Below are positions 35,050 to 45,429 of a stretch of 64,000 nt of DNA, in pieces (within the stretch, counting starts at the first letter, position 1; every line of letters begins with the position of its first letter). The DNA is taken from positions 320,001-384,000 of the forward strand of contig CAWDLW010000008.1 of the NCBI GenBank assembly GCA_963803145.1, given 5' to 3'. The notes under the pieces are model-generated. The model was not told the DNA's origin and did not search any database. It saw only the letters and a program-made list of their open reading frames with translations. A program made the position numbers and the translations under genes. The stretch is from Methanotrichaceae archaeon. GTDB taxonomy: Archaea > Halobacteriota > Methanosarcinia > Methanotrichales > Methanotrichaceae.

Positions 35050-35802
35050 CTACACGCAAGGCAGCCAATCGACGCTGATTGCGCCACATGTGGAGTTGCC
35101 CCAGAGCTGGATGAACTTCTCGATTGAGAAGACACCGGTCAGATCCTCAACGGACCTGCCATACTCTGCATGGCGTCCCTTGAGCGCAGTCGGGCTGTTT
35201 GCGAGTGGGTCCCTGGATAGCCATCCGATATGGGCAACGCCTATGACGTTGCTGTTCAGATTAGCCTCGAGAACGCCTGTACAGCAGGCTGGGCACTGCG
35301 CGCCAGTTCCGAGCGAATTAATGCCATATCCTCTGGTCTTGACCTCAGTTGTCTTCTGCAGGTGCTCTGCATGAGTGTACATCTCTGTCAGCACGGCGCC
35401 GATCCTGTAGTTCTGGACGCACAACTTCTCTATCCACTTCTGGTTGTACTCGCCGGTCTGGTATGAGACTGGCATGTACTCGAACTCAGCATCCTTGGTG
35501 AAGTTAATGTAGTCCATTGGACAGCCTGTGTTAGCATAAGCGCAGCCATAGGGTAACGGGTAGCCATTACCATCCAGCTGTCTCTCAGCCTCGAGCTCGG
35601 TGTTCTCTGTGATGACGTTACCAGAACCTGACTCCTTCTCTACCAGCTTCTGGCCACCGAATCCATACTGTGTAGAAATGATTGTCTCTACGTTTTTGTA
35701 TCCTACACCTTTTACACTTGCCTTTTCGTACATGTAGTTGGCTGCTCCAGCCATACCTACTAAAGTAATTGCCAGTACTGCTAAAACAATTAATCTCTTC
35801 GT
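35050..35802 (-). CDS. Cys-containing secreted surface protein, putative major sheath protein (MspA-like); ACG start codon
   Basis: GGAGGGGATAAA-ACG-AAGAGATTA gives (M)KRLIVLAVLAITLVGMAGA/ANYMYEKASVKG..., a complete signal peptide; beta-rich, several Cys. Sheath identity is recalled, not verified. Confidence 0.7.
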   Translation of the reverse strand, partial: TKRLIVLAVLAITLVGMAGAANYMYEKASVKGVGYKNVETIISTQYGFGGQKLVEKESGSGNVITENTELEAERQLDGNGYPLPYGCAYANTGCPMDYINFTKDAEFEYMPVSYQTGEYNQKWIEKLCVQNYRIGAVLTEMYTHAEHLQKTTEVKTRGYGINSLGTGAQCPACCTGVLEANLNSNVIGVAHIGWLSRDPLANSPTALKGRHAEYGRSVEDLTGVFSIEKFIQLWGNSTCGAISVDWLPCV

Positions 35803-36208
35803 TTTATCCCCTCCTGGGATACCGTTTGAATAGCATTGGGATATACGTTATTGTATTTAAAGAGGTGGTACGGCTAAGATAGTTAATCGCTTTGCTGTTT
35901 AATCCCCTTCTAGGACGATATTTGGATACACTGTTAACATATTGAAAACAAAATTCGTAAACCGGATTTAAAATTAGAAGGCTAGTGTGAAAAATCGTGT
36001 ACCTTAAGTTATATCTCTTACAGCATTATACTTAAATTTGTATAGAACTAGTCAAAATATTACCTTTATAAATAGGCATGAATTGAAGCATAGAAGCGTT
36101 AATTCTAGCTAAAGTTAAACATGCGCATATGAAGTTGGATTGGTCCTTACGCTCCAATTCCAGCCTTCGCATAAGCTTCCTAGGCCTCATCAGCTCTAAG
36201 ATCTCGCC

Positions 36209-37423
36209 TTACCTCAATTCTATATGGTATCCAAGACTGTTCAAAGCAGCAGCTATCTCTTTTATGTGATCAAAGCCCCGTGTCTCAATCTCAAGATCCA
36301 CACGAGTAAAGTTGATCGATAGGTCTCTCTCGTTTCGAGAATGATGAATATGAACAACGTTTGCATGAAGCTCCGCCACCACATCTAGGAGATGGCCAAG
36401 TGAGCCCGGCACATCCTCCAAAGCAACTGAGAACTGCATAAGCCTGCCATGATGGAGAAGTCCCTGATGGATTACCCTATCCAGAAGCAAGCTGTCAATA
36501 TTGCCGCCGCTGATAACTAGGACGACTTTGCTGCCCTTAGGAATTTGCAGCGAGGAGCTTAGAAGCGCGGCCAGGGGTACTGCACCAGCACCTTCTGCCA
36601 GGATCTTCTTACGCTCGAGAAGCAGCAGTATCGCGGCATCTATCTGATCTTCAGTTACTAAAACAATCTTATCCACCAGATCCCGAAGCAGAGGGAAGTC
36701 AGAGACGCCAACCTGTGGAACCATGATGGCATCAGCGATGGAGCCTTTTTCCTCAACGTCCTCCACAAGTATGGGCCGTTCTGCCTTTAACGCCACATAA
36801 GCAGAAGGGCAAGCCGATGCCTGTACTCCAACAATGCTTGTCTCAGAGCGCAGTGCCTTCACAGCTGTGGCAATCCCGCCGATGAGTCCGCCGCCGCCCA
36901 CAGGCACTATGATGACATCCGCATCCACCAGATCTTCCATGATCTCTAGACCAATGGTCCCCTGGCCGACTATGATATCGGGATCATCGTAAGGATGAAT
37001 GAACAACTTTCCGGATTGCTTCGCCAACATTCTCGCAAACTCAACTGCCTCTGTTAGACTCTCGCCTTTCAGTATCAGCTCTGCGCCATATCCCTTCGTT
37101 GCCTCTTGCTTGCTTATGGATGCCCATACAGGCATGACGATTGTTGCTGGCACGCCTGCAGCCTGCGATGCCAGAGCTACGCCCTGGGCATGGTTGCCTA
37201 AGGATGCTGCCACAACGCCCTTGAGAGCTTCGTTAAGATGCGATTGGACTTTATAAGCAGCCCCTCTGACCTTGAACGAGCCACCTCTTTGGAGGTTTTC
37301 GAGCTTGAGGTAAACTTCACATCCGCTCATTTTGCTGAAGGTGGGAGAATAAATGAGAGGTGTGCGCAGGATCATGCCTTGAATGGCTTCCTCCGCCTTC
37401 CGAATATCATTGAGTTGGACCAT
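36209..37423 (-). CDS. ilvA: Threonine ammonia-lyase with C-terminal ACT domain
   Basis: KLENLQ.GGSFKVRG, GNHAQG, HPYDD, VGGGGLI, SGGN, DVPGSL. Confidence 0.92.
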   Translation of the reverse strand: MVQLNDIRKAEEAIQGMILRTPLIYSPTFSKMSGCEVYLKLENLQRGGSFKVRGAAYKVQSHLNEALKGVVAASLGNHAQGVALASQAAGVPATIVMPVWASISKQEATKGYGAELILKGESLTEAVEFARMLAKQSGKLFIHPYDDPDIIVGQGTIGLEIMEDLVDADVIIVPVGGGGLIGGIATAVKALRSETSIVGVQASACPSAYVALKAERPILVEDVEEKGSIADAIMVPQVGVSDFPLLRDLVDKIVLVTEDQIDAAILLLLERKKILAEGAGAVPLAALLSSSLQIPKGSKVVLVISGGNIDSLLLDRVIHQGLLHHGRLMQFSVALEDVPGSLGHLLDVVAELHANVVHIHHSRNERDLSINFTRVDLEIETRGFDHIKEIAAALNSLGYHIELR

Positions 37424-37456
37424 AAAACCAGGCTACATATCTAATATCTTGGTCAT

Positions 37457-39385
37457 TTATTTAGGTAAATCTGATTTTATACTCGACCCTCCAGGCGGAA
37501 GGAACTGGACGATCTGATCCACAGAAGCAATTGCCTTCAGGTATGCCCTGTCTTCAATCTTCTCTGAGAAGATCCTATAGATCCTCTTGGCCAGATCGTC
37601 GGCATTGAATTCCCCTGGCGCTATCTCAATAACGGGATTAGCCAACGGCCGCACAGCAGAGACCGGACCGCCTTTGAGTATGCCATCTGCAATTCCAATG
37701 GCGATATCCAAAGGTACATCCTTGAAATACCTGCGCTCACCACGGATCACAAAGGCTCCCTTCTTCAAGAACTCGCCGTGCTCAGGTGTCTTTGTAACCT
37801 GATCGCCTTTAACGAGGTAGCAGTCACCCGAACCTAAGCCAGCTTTCCAGATTGATGAGTAGCTAACTGCAAACTGTGCCGCCTCTTGAATCGTCGTCTC
37901 TGGAACCTCTTCACCTTCAGTCTTTATAACAGTAAGAGGCGCTCCAGGCGCGTCCGTATGAAGGGCAAGATCCCGTTTCTCTAAGTACTTTGTATAGACC
38001 TCTTCATTCGTATCAGTATCTCTTCCACCGATTATGAGGAAGCCGTCTGAGGAGTAAAACCACCGAAACCGCTCATACCATTTGGGCTTTCGCCTTTTAA
38101 TGACTTGCCTTGTCTTCCTGGGCTCGGCCTTGCTTGCCTTAAGCTGCTGAGTAGCCTCCAGTGCAAGCCGTGCACCCTGCGCCTTTCGGGACATCTCTTT
38201 AGCTTTATCGTAATATCTCTGAGCGTTCTGTGGAACAGGATGATTTGCGTCCAGCTCCAGCTCAATATCGTCAAAAGCCACCTTCATCTCGCCCGAGGGT
38301 TCCAGTGAACGCAATATATTGGCCTGGGGCAGACCAGAGCCGCTGATCTTGTCCCATATCTGCCTATAGGTGTATCCCTTATCCCTGGCAGCCTTTATGA
38401 CCGCCAGAAGCTGCTCTATCTCAACATATCTCTGATAGACAATCTCGCCCTTCTGGATCAGCGCCTTCTCACTCTCATCGAACTCCTCGATGGCCTTGCG
38501 CTGAAGCTCAAGCCTTCTATCGATTGGGCTCTGCTTTGGCACCGCTTCTTTTTCCATCACAAAGAATGCATCCAGTGCCTCACTGAAGTTGGCGAAACGT
38601 TTTCGATCAAGCCCTTCGTAAATCTTGAGCGGTCTCGGAAGGACATCGAAGGGCCTGCCATTCTCTGAAACGATGACTGGCTCGATTGTGCTATCAGAAA
38701 ATACATCCTGCAATGCCTGGCGGATGCTTTCGATCTCCTCTATTGTGAGATCCACAGCAGGCTTATTCTTGGGAGTGCCAGCGCGGAGACATACCTCCTC
38801 ACCATAGGTTCCGCCCATGTTTAGGCCGTGAACAAGAGTCCTGACAAGATCCCGATCCGACCTGGCAAGCATTTCAGCCAGCTCCTTTAGTGAGACGGTC
38901 CTCGGATCCTTCTGGCCTGGATGGTAGATATACTCCTCTCCGGCGGCCATTTTTACTCCCCGGAAGACCATCTTCAGAAGCATTGACAGTATTTTCCTGG
39001 AAGGGTCCAGAAGCACCATGCTGCCCTTTGGAAATAGCTCGACAATGAGGTATTCGACTGCGCCCCCGTGCTCTACGGCGAACTCCATTACCCTGTCGAA
39101 ATCATGCTGCTTTATGTCTACGATTCTGCCTCCAGACAGATGACCGCGCAGCATTGTGGGGAACTGAGGCGGTGTTTTTGTTGTAGGCCGCTCATTATGA
39201 GTAATATGAACTCTCTTTCCAGCTTCAAGTAGAAGGTCGAGCCGTCCCTCTGAGGGTGATTGGATGGTGAGCCAAATGGTATCTGAAGACTGCTGGTAGG
39301 CCTTTCCAACTGAGCCACCCAGGATTCTATCTTTGAGCTCATCGACCATGGCAGCGACATCGACATTGCTCATCGCCTTCTTCAT
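37457..39385 (-). CDS. rqcH: Ribosome quality-control protein Rqc2/NEMF (NFACT)
   Basis: MSNVDV, F.TMLR.HL, DFDRV, NAQRYY, WYERFRWF, GGRD, GE.L.KGAF.IRG. Confidence 0.93.
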   Translation of the reverse strand: MKKAMSNVDVAAMVDELKDRILGGSVGKAYQQSSDTIWLTIQSPSEGRLDLLLEAGKRVHITHNERPTTKTPPQFPTMLRGHLSGGRIVDIKQHDFDRVMEFAVEHGGAVEYLIVELFPKGSMVLLDPSRKILSMLLKMVFRGVKMAAGEEYIYHPGQKDPRTVSLKELAEMLARSDRDLVRTLVHGLNMGGTYGEEVCLRAGTPKNKPAVDLTIEEIESIRQALQDVFSDSTIEPVIVSENGRPFDVLPRPLKIYEGLDRKRFANFSEALDAFFVMEKEAVPKQSPIDRRLELQRKAIEEFDESEKALIQKGEIVYQRYVEIEQLLAVIKAARDKGYTYRQIWDKISGSGLPQANILRSLEPSGEMKVAFDDIELELDANHPVPQNAQRYYDKAKEMSRKAQGARLALEATQQLKASKAEPRKTRQVIKRRKPKWYERFRWFYSSDGFLIIGGRDTDTNEEVYTKYLEKRDLALHTDAPGAPLTVIKTEGEEVPETTIQEAAQFAVSYSSIWKAGLGSGDCYLVKGDQVTKTPEHGEFLKKGAFVIRGERRYFKDVPLDIAIGIADGILKGGPVSAVRPLANPVIEIAPGEFNADDLAKRIYRIFSEKIEDRAYLKAIASVDQIVQFLPPGGSSIKSDLPK

Positions 39386-39417
39386 ATTAGAGTTGCTCGT
39401 TATCAATCGATAAATAG

Positions 39418-39861
39418 TTGCGGATCATAAAAGAAACTGTGGAGCAATTCATTGTTGATCAGATGCTCCTTCGTCTGGGCAGATGGCTAAGGCTGCTTGG
39501 GCAAGATGTAGCGAATCCCGATGATGAGGATGATAAGGAGCTTCTCGAAAGGGCTAAGCAGGAGAATAGAACGCTGATCACCAGGGACAAAAGGCTTGCA
39601 GATTCCTGCAACGGCGCAGGTGTAGGCTGTGTACTTATAAGATCCACTCGGCTTGAAGAGCAGCTTGAAGAGATGGCAAAGCTTGGCGTGCCCCTTGATC
39701 TGAATCCAACGAGATGCACACTCTGCAACAGCGCTCTTCACAAGGTCGAGCCATCCGAGAAGGAGATGTGGATATGCGAGGGCTGCGGAAAGCTCTACTG
39801 GCAGGGCTCTCATTGGAAACGTATTGCCGATACCTTGAAAAATCTTCGCTCAGACAAATAG
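39418..39861 (+). CDS. Mut7-C RNase (PIN-fold) domain protein with Zn ribbon
   Basis: DQML.RL.RWLR.LG.D, LITRD, RC..CN, C..CGK.YW.GSH. Confidence 0.9.
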   Translation: MRIIKETVEQFIVDQMLLRLGRWLRLLGQDVANPDDEDDKELLERAKQENRTLITRDKRLADSCNGAGVGCVLIRSTRLEEQLEEMAKLGVPLDLNPTRCTLCNSALHKVEPSEKEMWICEGCGKLYWQGSHWKRIADTLKNLRSDK

Positions 39862-39875
39862 CCAGTAAGAATAAA

Positions 39876-40577
39876 TCAATAGGCTTCGGCAGCCTGAGCA
39901 ACCCGTGAGAATTTAATTCTGCGATTTACTTTTCGCTCCCTCATTTTTATATAATCTGCCATCTGGGTCACCGGCCCTATAGACCAGAAAAGAGAGTCAT
40001 TGAGGCAAAACTGAGGCTGATATTGATATTGTGCGCCTGGAATAGTGAAAGGATCTGCAGGCATCAAGTTCGTTGGAACGGAATCAAGCGTTGATTCAAG
40101 CAGGCACCATATCCCTTTCTCATTCTGGTATACCACCCAGGCATGACCTGATACGCCCTCTGCCGATGTAACCTTGCCCAACACGACGCGAACACAATGA
40201 TCGCTTATTCCGCTAGCCAACAATAATGTAGCTAACAGGAATGAGGAGTCCTCACAATCGCCCTTTCGCAGCATCAGCGTCTCTTCAGGAAACTGCCAGA
40301 AATCATCCATGCCCTCAGCATCCTTATCGGTTACATAAGTGATCGATTCGGCAACGTATTTCCATACCTTCCAGGCCCGAAGATCGAATGCGCCTGGGAC
40401 ACGTGCTTCAGGCAGGCCTATCTCTTGAATGCTTCTACTTATCACCTCACTGTCAGGAGGTGAGAACCATTCTCTGATATCCGTAGGAATGTAAATGCTC
40501 GGATAGCCTAGAACAGCTCGCTTATCCCACGTAACAGTATCCCTAACAATTATATCCCCCGCCCAGTTATAACTCAT
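39876..40577 (-). CDS. Transglutaminase-like cysteine peptidase
   Basis: WQFPEETL...GDCED, GHAWV, LES (Cys-His-acid triad). Confidence 0.85.
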   Translation of the reverse strand: MSYNWAGDIIVRDTVTWDKRAVLGYPSIYIPTDIREWFSPPDSEVISRSIQEIGLPEARVPGAFDLRAWKVWKYVAESITYVTDKDAEGMDDFWQFPEETLMLRKGDCEDSSFLLATLLLASGISDHCVRVVLGKVTSAEGVSGHAWVVYQNEKGIWCLLESTLDSVPTNLMPADPFTIPGAQYQYQPQFCLNDSLFWSIGPVTQMADYIKMRERKVNRRIKFSRVAQAAEAY

Positions 40578-40627
40578 GACTAAGCCTCCCTTACTGAATT
40601 AATAACTTTTATTTGTAATATTTAAAT

Positions 40628-41035
40628 TTATCGATTTATTGGCTTGAAAACATAGAACCTGGCATCACCTATGTTTATAAGAGATCTCGTGAAGCCTGGC
40701 AGATCTGCCACCTCGTCACCTAAAGGCCTTATCAGCACGTCTGCACCAATCTTAAGGGCAAGCATGCCCATTGCAAGCTGCACCTCCAGGGGAGGACGGA
40801 TTGAATAGAGCAGGCTGGCACCCGTATATATTTCCATTCTGGGACGAAAGATATCATCTCTCTCAATTCGTATGCCATCTATGCAGTAGCTGTTAGTATC
40901 CGTGGCAATAATATCCAGGGGCTTCAGACGCGATGCCACATCATCAACGAAGCCAGCTCCCACCTCTACAACTTTTCCCGAATAGTTTTTCAAAATGAAC
41001 TCTGCAATCTCCGGAGCACCTCTTAAGTATGTCAT
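40628..41035 (-). CDS. UPF0146 family protein
   Basis: KVVEVGAG, DDIF.P...IY.GA.L.YSIRPP.E. Confidence 0.85.
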   Translation of the reverse strand: MTYLRGAPEIAEFILKNYSGKVVEVGAGFVDDVASRLKPLDIIATDTNSYCIDGIRIERDDIFRPRMEIYTGASLLYSIRPPLEVQLAMGMLALKIGADVLIRPLGDEVADLPGFTRSLINIGDARFYVFKPINR

Positions 41036-41304
41036 AGACCAGGCCTCACTATCATGAGGTTTATAAAGGCAATGCCTTCAATGGCTATATCAGCACCCGT
41101 ATTCATCAGCAGGCGATCCTTGTAGCTTTCAGTTATAGATTTATAACAGTACATTCTGTGATAAATCTGCCGCTTTGGAAACACTTATTAACTATAATTA
41201 ATATCTAAAATATTAACCTCAGCGGAAGCTCGCCGAGGGGAAAGATAGATCAATTGATGAAGAAAAGTAAATGGCTATAGGAACTAGCCGATGTGGTGGT
41301 AAAA

Positions 41305-41400
41305 ATGAGTGATTTTGCATTTGTACTGGCTGCGCTCACCTTATCCATGGCCCTGGGAATAGCCACAGTCTACAGCATCCGCATCTACCTGGAGATCTGA
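41305..41400 (+). CDS. Small single-TM protein, 31 aa
   Basis: MSDFAFVLAALTLSMALGIATVYSIRIYLEI*; GGTGGT SD-like sequence just upstream and an AT-rich TATA-like region at about 41185. Confidence 0.5.
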   Translation: MSDFAFVLAALTLSMALGIATVYSIRIYLEI

Positions 41401-41452
41401 GCGCAATATAGCAATGACCCCCATATATACATTATAAGTCAGAGAAGCAAGA

Positions 41453-41974
41453 TCATATGAGCTTGAGAGCGCCTTCGCTTTCGATTAGAGCACCGGATCT
41501 GCGCAGCCTCATCAGAATCTCCTCGAAGCTATCTTTTGTTATGCCAATTTCCGCTGCCCTAGCCCAAACCGCCTCTTTTGATGCTGGCTTCCGTGTCTCC
41601 ACGGAGACCTGCTTGATTGCATCCATAATGGAAAGCATCTGCTCCCTTGTGGGCTCGCTCATGCCGAGTCTTACCTGGCCGGGGGTTGGACACACAAGCC
41701 TCCGCTCTTCCGCTAGTTCAGCTCTGACCTGATCTGCACCGACAACGCGCCTAATTTGGTCACCGAAAAGAGTATCAAAAAGCTTACTTAGCCTGTCGAT
41801 CTCCATCGCCATCTCTGGGAGCCTTGCTTGTAGTGTTGCCGGATCCTTCTCGATGCCGTGTAAACTTTCGCTCAGGTAGCTTATCCTATCGAACAGCTTG
41901 ACCAGATCGCGCCTTGAGACGCTCAAACTTACATTACCGTTTATGCTCGTCTCGCATTTGCTCTGCACTTCCAT
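41453..41974 (-). CDS. Hypothetical protein with C-terminal winged helix (MCM C-term-like)
   Basis: REQM.SI.D.IK......P...E.V...A.E.GI....FEE.L.RL.RSG.L.E. Confidence 0.75.
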   Translation of the reverse strand: MEVQSKCETSINGNVSLSVSRRDLVKLFDRISYLSESLHGIEKDPATLQARLPEMAMEIDRLSKLFDTLFGDQIRRVVGADQVRAELAEERRLVCPTPGQVRLGMSEPTREQMLSIMDAIKQVSVETRKPASKEAVWARAAEIGITKDSFEEILMRLRRSGALIESEGALKLI

Positions 41975-42029
41975 GACAACACCCTTGGATATTTTAATAT
42001 GCTCAGGTTGATCTAACTTTCGGCAGCAT

Positions 42030-43283
42030 TTAACCTGTAGGAATCACCCTTCTGAATTTCCAGGGCTTATCCAGACGCGCTGTTGCATCTACTCCTACCT
42101 TTGTGGTTATCCCATCGATGCTCCTTGGATCAAGGGTGCTGCCCCGAACATTTGGATACATGACCACGTCCTCATCGCCCCGCATGCGTGTAGCTATCGC
42201 ATACTCGATATCCAACGGATCGTAGATATCTATATCGGAATCCACTATTACTGCGTGCTTCAGCGATCCATGTGCCTTAAATGCAGCTTCAATAGCTCGC
42301 CTCGCATCAGCTTCAGTCTCCTTTTCAATCTGGACGACTGCATGGAAGTAGTTGCATCCACCATCAGTCAGTACAACATCCTTGACCCTGGCAACCTTGG
42401 AGACCTCTTTGAAAATTAATGGCTCGTAGGGAACGCCCATGAGCATCTTATGCTCGCCGCCTGCTGGCAGCAGACCTTGATATATGAAGTCCTCGCGGGT
42501 CATCATCTTCGAAAGCTTTATCACAGGCTCCTGTCGGACAAGATCATGAGTGCCTGTTATGTCTACAAAAGGCCCTTCGCTTGTACGCTCTCCAGTGATA
42601 TAGCCCTCAAGGACAATCTCAGCATGCGGCACTGGCACACCATTCTCAAGGCGGAACAGCTCGACAGGTTTTCCGCTCAGGGCACTTGCATATTGGAACT
42701 CCAAATTGGGTGGAACGCGGGTTCCGGCTGCAAAGAGGATAACAGGATCTACACCGATGGCAATGGCAACAGGCAATTGGTCCCCATTTGCAAGAGCCTT
42801 CTCGTAGAGCTGGTGAGTGTGCCTGCCCGGAACCAGCCTGGCGGCAAGCCTATCCTTCCCGAGAACCATCAGCCTATGAACGCAGGCGTTCAGATGGCCA
42901 TCGTACTCGGAAACCACAACTGCAGATGTGATGTATGGCCCCCCGTCTCCCTGGAAATGAGTCAGAATCGGCAGATTTGTGAGATCCGGCTGAGAGACGA
43001 TCTCCTGGAAGGATGAAGAATCGACCTCCTTGACAGTGCCGTCATAGTTTATTTTTCCTAAATAATGGACCAGATTCTTGGCCTGAGTACCTAAAGCTCT
43101 TGCAAGAAGATCTCTGGTGCCGACCACATTCAGGCAGCACTTATGCCCATTTACATTGTGAAAAAGGATAGGCCCCTTGCCCCAGGATTGCAATGCCACA
43201 TCAAGAAAAGGAGATACAGGCTCATGAACCTCCTTTAGAAGATCCGCCTTTTGCAAATCAGCCAGGAAACCCCTGAAGCTCAT
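42030..43283 (-). CDS. UbiD-family (prFMN) decarboxylase, likely anhydromevalonate phosphate decarboxylase
   Basis: LPIL.HF..DGGPYIT, HRL, EGPF.D.TG, VD.DID, GSTLDP. Confidence 0.88.
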   Translation of the reverse strand: MSFRGFLADLQKADLLKEVHEPVSPFLDVALQSWGKGPILFHNVNGHKCCLNVVGTRDLLARALGTQAKNLVHYLGKINYDGTVKEVDSSSFQEIVSQPDLTNLPILTHFQGDGGPYITSAVVVSEYDGHLNACVHRLMVLGKDRLAARLVPGRHTHQLYEKALANGDQLPVAIAIGVDPVILFAAGTRVPPNLEFQYASALSGKPVELFRLENGVPVPHAEIVLEGYITGERTSEGPFVDITGTHDLVRQEPVIKLSKMMTREDFIYQGLLPAGGEHKMLMGVPYEPLIFKEVSKVARVKDVVLTDGGCNYFHAVVQIEKETEADARRAIEAAFKAHGSLKHAVIVDSDIDIYDPLDIEYAIATRMRGDEDVVMYPNVRGSTLDPRSIDGITTKVGVDATARLDKPWKFRRVIPTG

Positions 43284-43376
43284 GAGCACATCCCAAGCAT
43301 AGCCGTCTTAAAGCTTTTGTGTTATTGTTCTATTTTATGTTATCGTTCTATTTTTATTGTTCTTTTTTGCATCATA

Positions 43377-44087
43377 TCACACAAGTAGCACCGCAATCAG
43401 GCCGCTCAGGAAGACGCCATCGAATGTTCCTGCGCCGCCAATGCTTGCAATAGGCGCTCCAAGATCACGAACCTTATTCAGGTTCATTAGATCAGCGCCT
43501 ATCAGTGTCCCGAGAGTTCCGCCTACATAAGCCAAGATGAAGACGTACTGGCCCGGCGAATTGAAGAAATAGTTCATGGCAAGTGCAGCCAGGGCTGCTA
43601 TAAGAGGCGGGAGGAGGGCAGGAGTTACTATGCCAAGTCCCTTGACAGGCCGTGCAACTCTATTCATCACTATGGCCACGATGACAACACAGGCGATTGC
43701 ATAAGGCAGCGATGTTGGGAACTCGTAGAGAAGACCAATTGATATCAGAGTTGGTATCACAGCCCCGCCGAAGTTGATTGCCAGGACAGTATGTCTCGTC
43801 ATATCTTCAACGACAGGTATCCTATAGGTCACGCCGAAGACGCGGACATATGCTTCTTGCTGGACTACCGGTTCTGTCGATTTCAGGTTCGCGACTGGTA
43901 TATTAATCCCACTGCCAACCAGAGAGGCGACCAGCACAAGAAGAGCGTGCTCCCACGAGAAGCCTATTCTGGTGAAGGCGGTCCTTGCCAAGTCCAGGAA
44001 TAGAAAGCTCACGACGACAAATAGCAGAAATGCCATAATCAGCATGAAGAGCATGCCTACTGGGTTGTAGAACAACCGGCGGTCCAT
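43377..44087 (-). CDS. DUF1614 membrane protein
   Basis: GS.INIP, AINFGGAVIP, GTLIGADL.NL, SIGGAGTFDGVFLSG. Confidence 0.9.
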   Translation of the reverse strand: MDRRLFYNPVGMLFMLIMAFLLFVVVSFLFLDLARTAFTRIGFSWEHALLVLVASLVGSGINIPVANLKSTEPVVQQEAYVRVFGVTYRIPVVEDMTRHTVLAINFGGAVIPTLISIGLLYEFPTSLPYAIACVVIVAIVMNRVARPVKGLGIVTPALLPPLIAALAALAMNYFFNSPGQYVFILAYVGGTLGTLIGADLMNLNKVRDLGAPIASIGGAGTFDGVFLSGLIAVLLV

Positions 44088-44304
44088 AAAGCATATTGCG
44101 CTTTAATGGTATAAAATTATTAGCAACGGCGTATGATGTTTTTAACAAATTTATTACATAGGACCACAGCTATGAGCGCTTCTCCTGGCATATGATTTTA
44201 TCGAAGATAAATTGAGGGATCATAATATCGACTATGCTGTTATACACTATGCCATCAGGAAAATCTGCAAAAAGGTTTTGTAAGCGTACATCCTTTTTCT
44301 GGCC

Positions 44305-45429
44305 ATGAAGGAGAAGTGGCTGCTTGCCTCCGAGGGCTCCTGGGAAGATATCAAGCCCAGGATTACCACAGCGCTCGAATCCGGGTTCGATTGCGTCATC
44401 GTCGCCCCTGAAAACATCGCCCGCGTAAGAGAGCTCGGCAGCATCAAAGTTGCATGCTTCGGCACAGAACGTGGATCTGAGGATATTCTGATCATAGGCA
44501 AAAACGGTGAGGGCGATGGCTCGATGCCGCTGCCTCAGAACTTCAGTAGCTCAATGGATATTGCTATCGCAAAGACCATTGAAGGGCAGAAGGCAGGTTA
44601 TGTAGTCATAGCGAACAAAAGGTACGAGTTGTTCGCGGTCGAGCTGGGCAGGCATGTCAATTACCTGATAGTAATAGGAACGGACTGGAAGGTCATTCCG
44701 CTGGAGAACATGATAGCGGGCCTTCAGGGCTCGAAGGTCAAGATCGTGAGCGGCGTGAAGACTGCCGAAGAGGCTAAACTGGCGCTGGGTACTCTTGAGA
44801 AGGGCTCTGATGGTGTGCTTCTTGTCGCTTCAGATCTATCGGAGATAAAGAAGGTTCAGAAGGAGGCAGAGCAGTCTGAAAAAGAGCGCCTGAAGCTCGT
44901 TTCTGCGAAGATCACAAACGTCAAGCCTGTTGGCATGGGCGACAGAGTTTGCGTTGATACCGCCACTATGATGCACTTTGGTGAGGGCATGCTTATCGGC
45001 TCCCAGGCAAGAGGCTTCTTCCTTGTGCACAGCGAATCCGAGGACAGCCCTTACGTGGCTGCGCGACCCTTCAGGGTGAACGCAGGAGCCGTTCACGCAT
45101 ATATCAAGGTCGGCGATAAAACACGCTATCTATCCGAGCTGAAGGCAGGAGATGAAGTTACGATCGTAAGCAAAGACGGCGAGGCACGGACAGCGATCGT
45201 AGGCAGGTCAAAGATAGAGAAGAGGCCGCTGATACTTGTGGAGGCCGAGGCGAACGGTGAGAGAATAAGCACACTTCTTCAGAATGCAGAGACCATAAAG
45301 CTCGTTGGGGCGGACAGCATGCCCAAATCGGTTGCAGATCTGAAAGCGGGTGACGAGGTTCTCATTTACCTTGAAAGCGGAGCAAGGCATTTCGGCATGA
45401 GCATAGAGGAGAGTATCATTGAAAAGTGA
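44305..45429 (+). CDS. aroB': 3-dehydroquinate synthase II
   Basis: [43 protein letters not shown]. Confidence 0.95.
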   Translation: MKEKWLLASEGSWEDIKPRITTALESGFDCVIVAPENIARVRELGSIKVACFGTERGSEDILIIGKNGEGDGSMPLPQNFSSSMDIAIAKTIEGQKAGYVVIANKRYELFAVELGRHVNYLIVIGTDWKVIPLENMIAGLQGSKVKIVSGVKTAEEAKLALGTLEKGSDGVLLVASDLSEIKKVQKEAEQSEKERLKLVSAKITNVKPVGMGDRVCVDTATMMHFGEGMLIGSQARGFFLVHSESEDSPYVAARPFRVNAGAVHAYIKVGDKTRYLSELKAGDEVTIVSKDGEARTAIVGRSKIEKRPLILVEAEANGERISTLLQNAETIKLVGADSMPKSVADLKAGDEVLIYLESGARHFGMSIEESIIEK

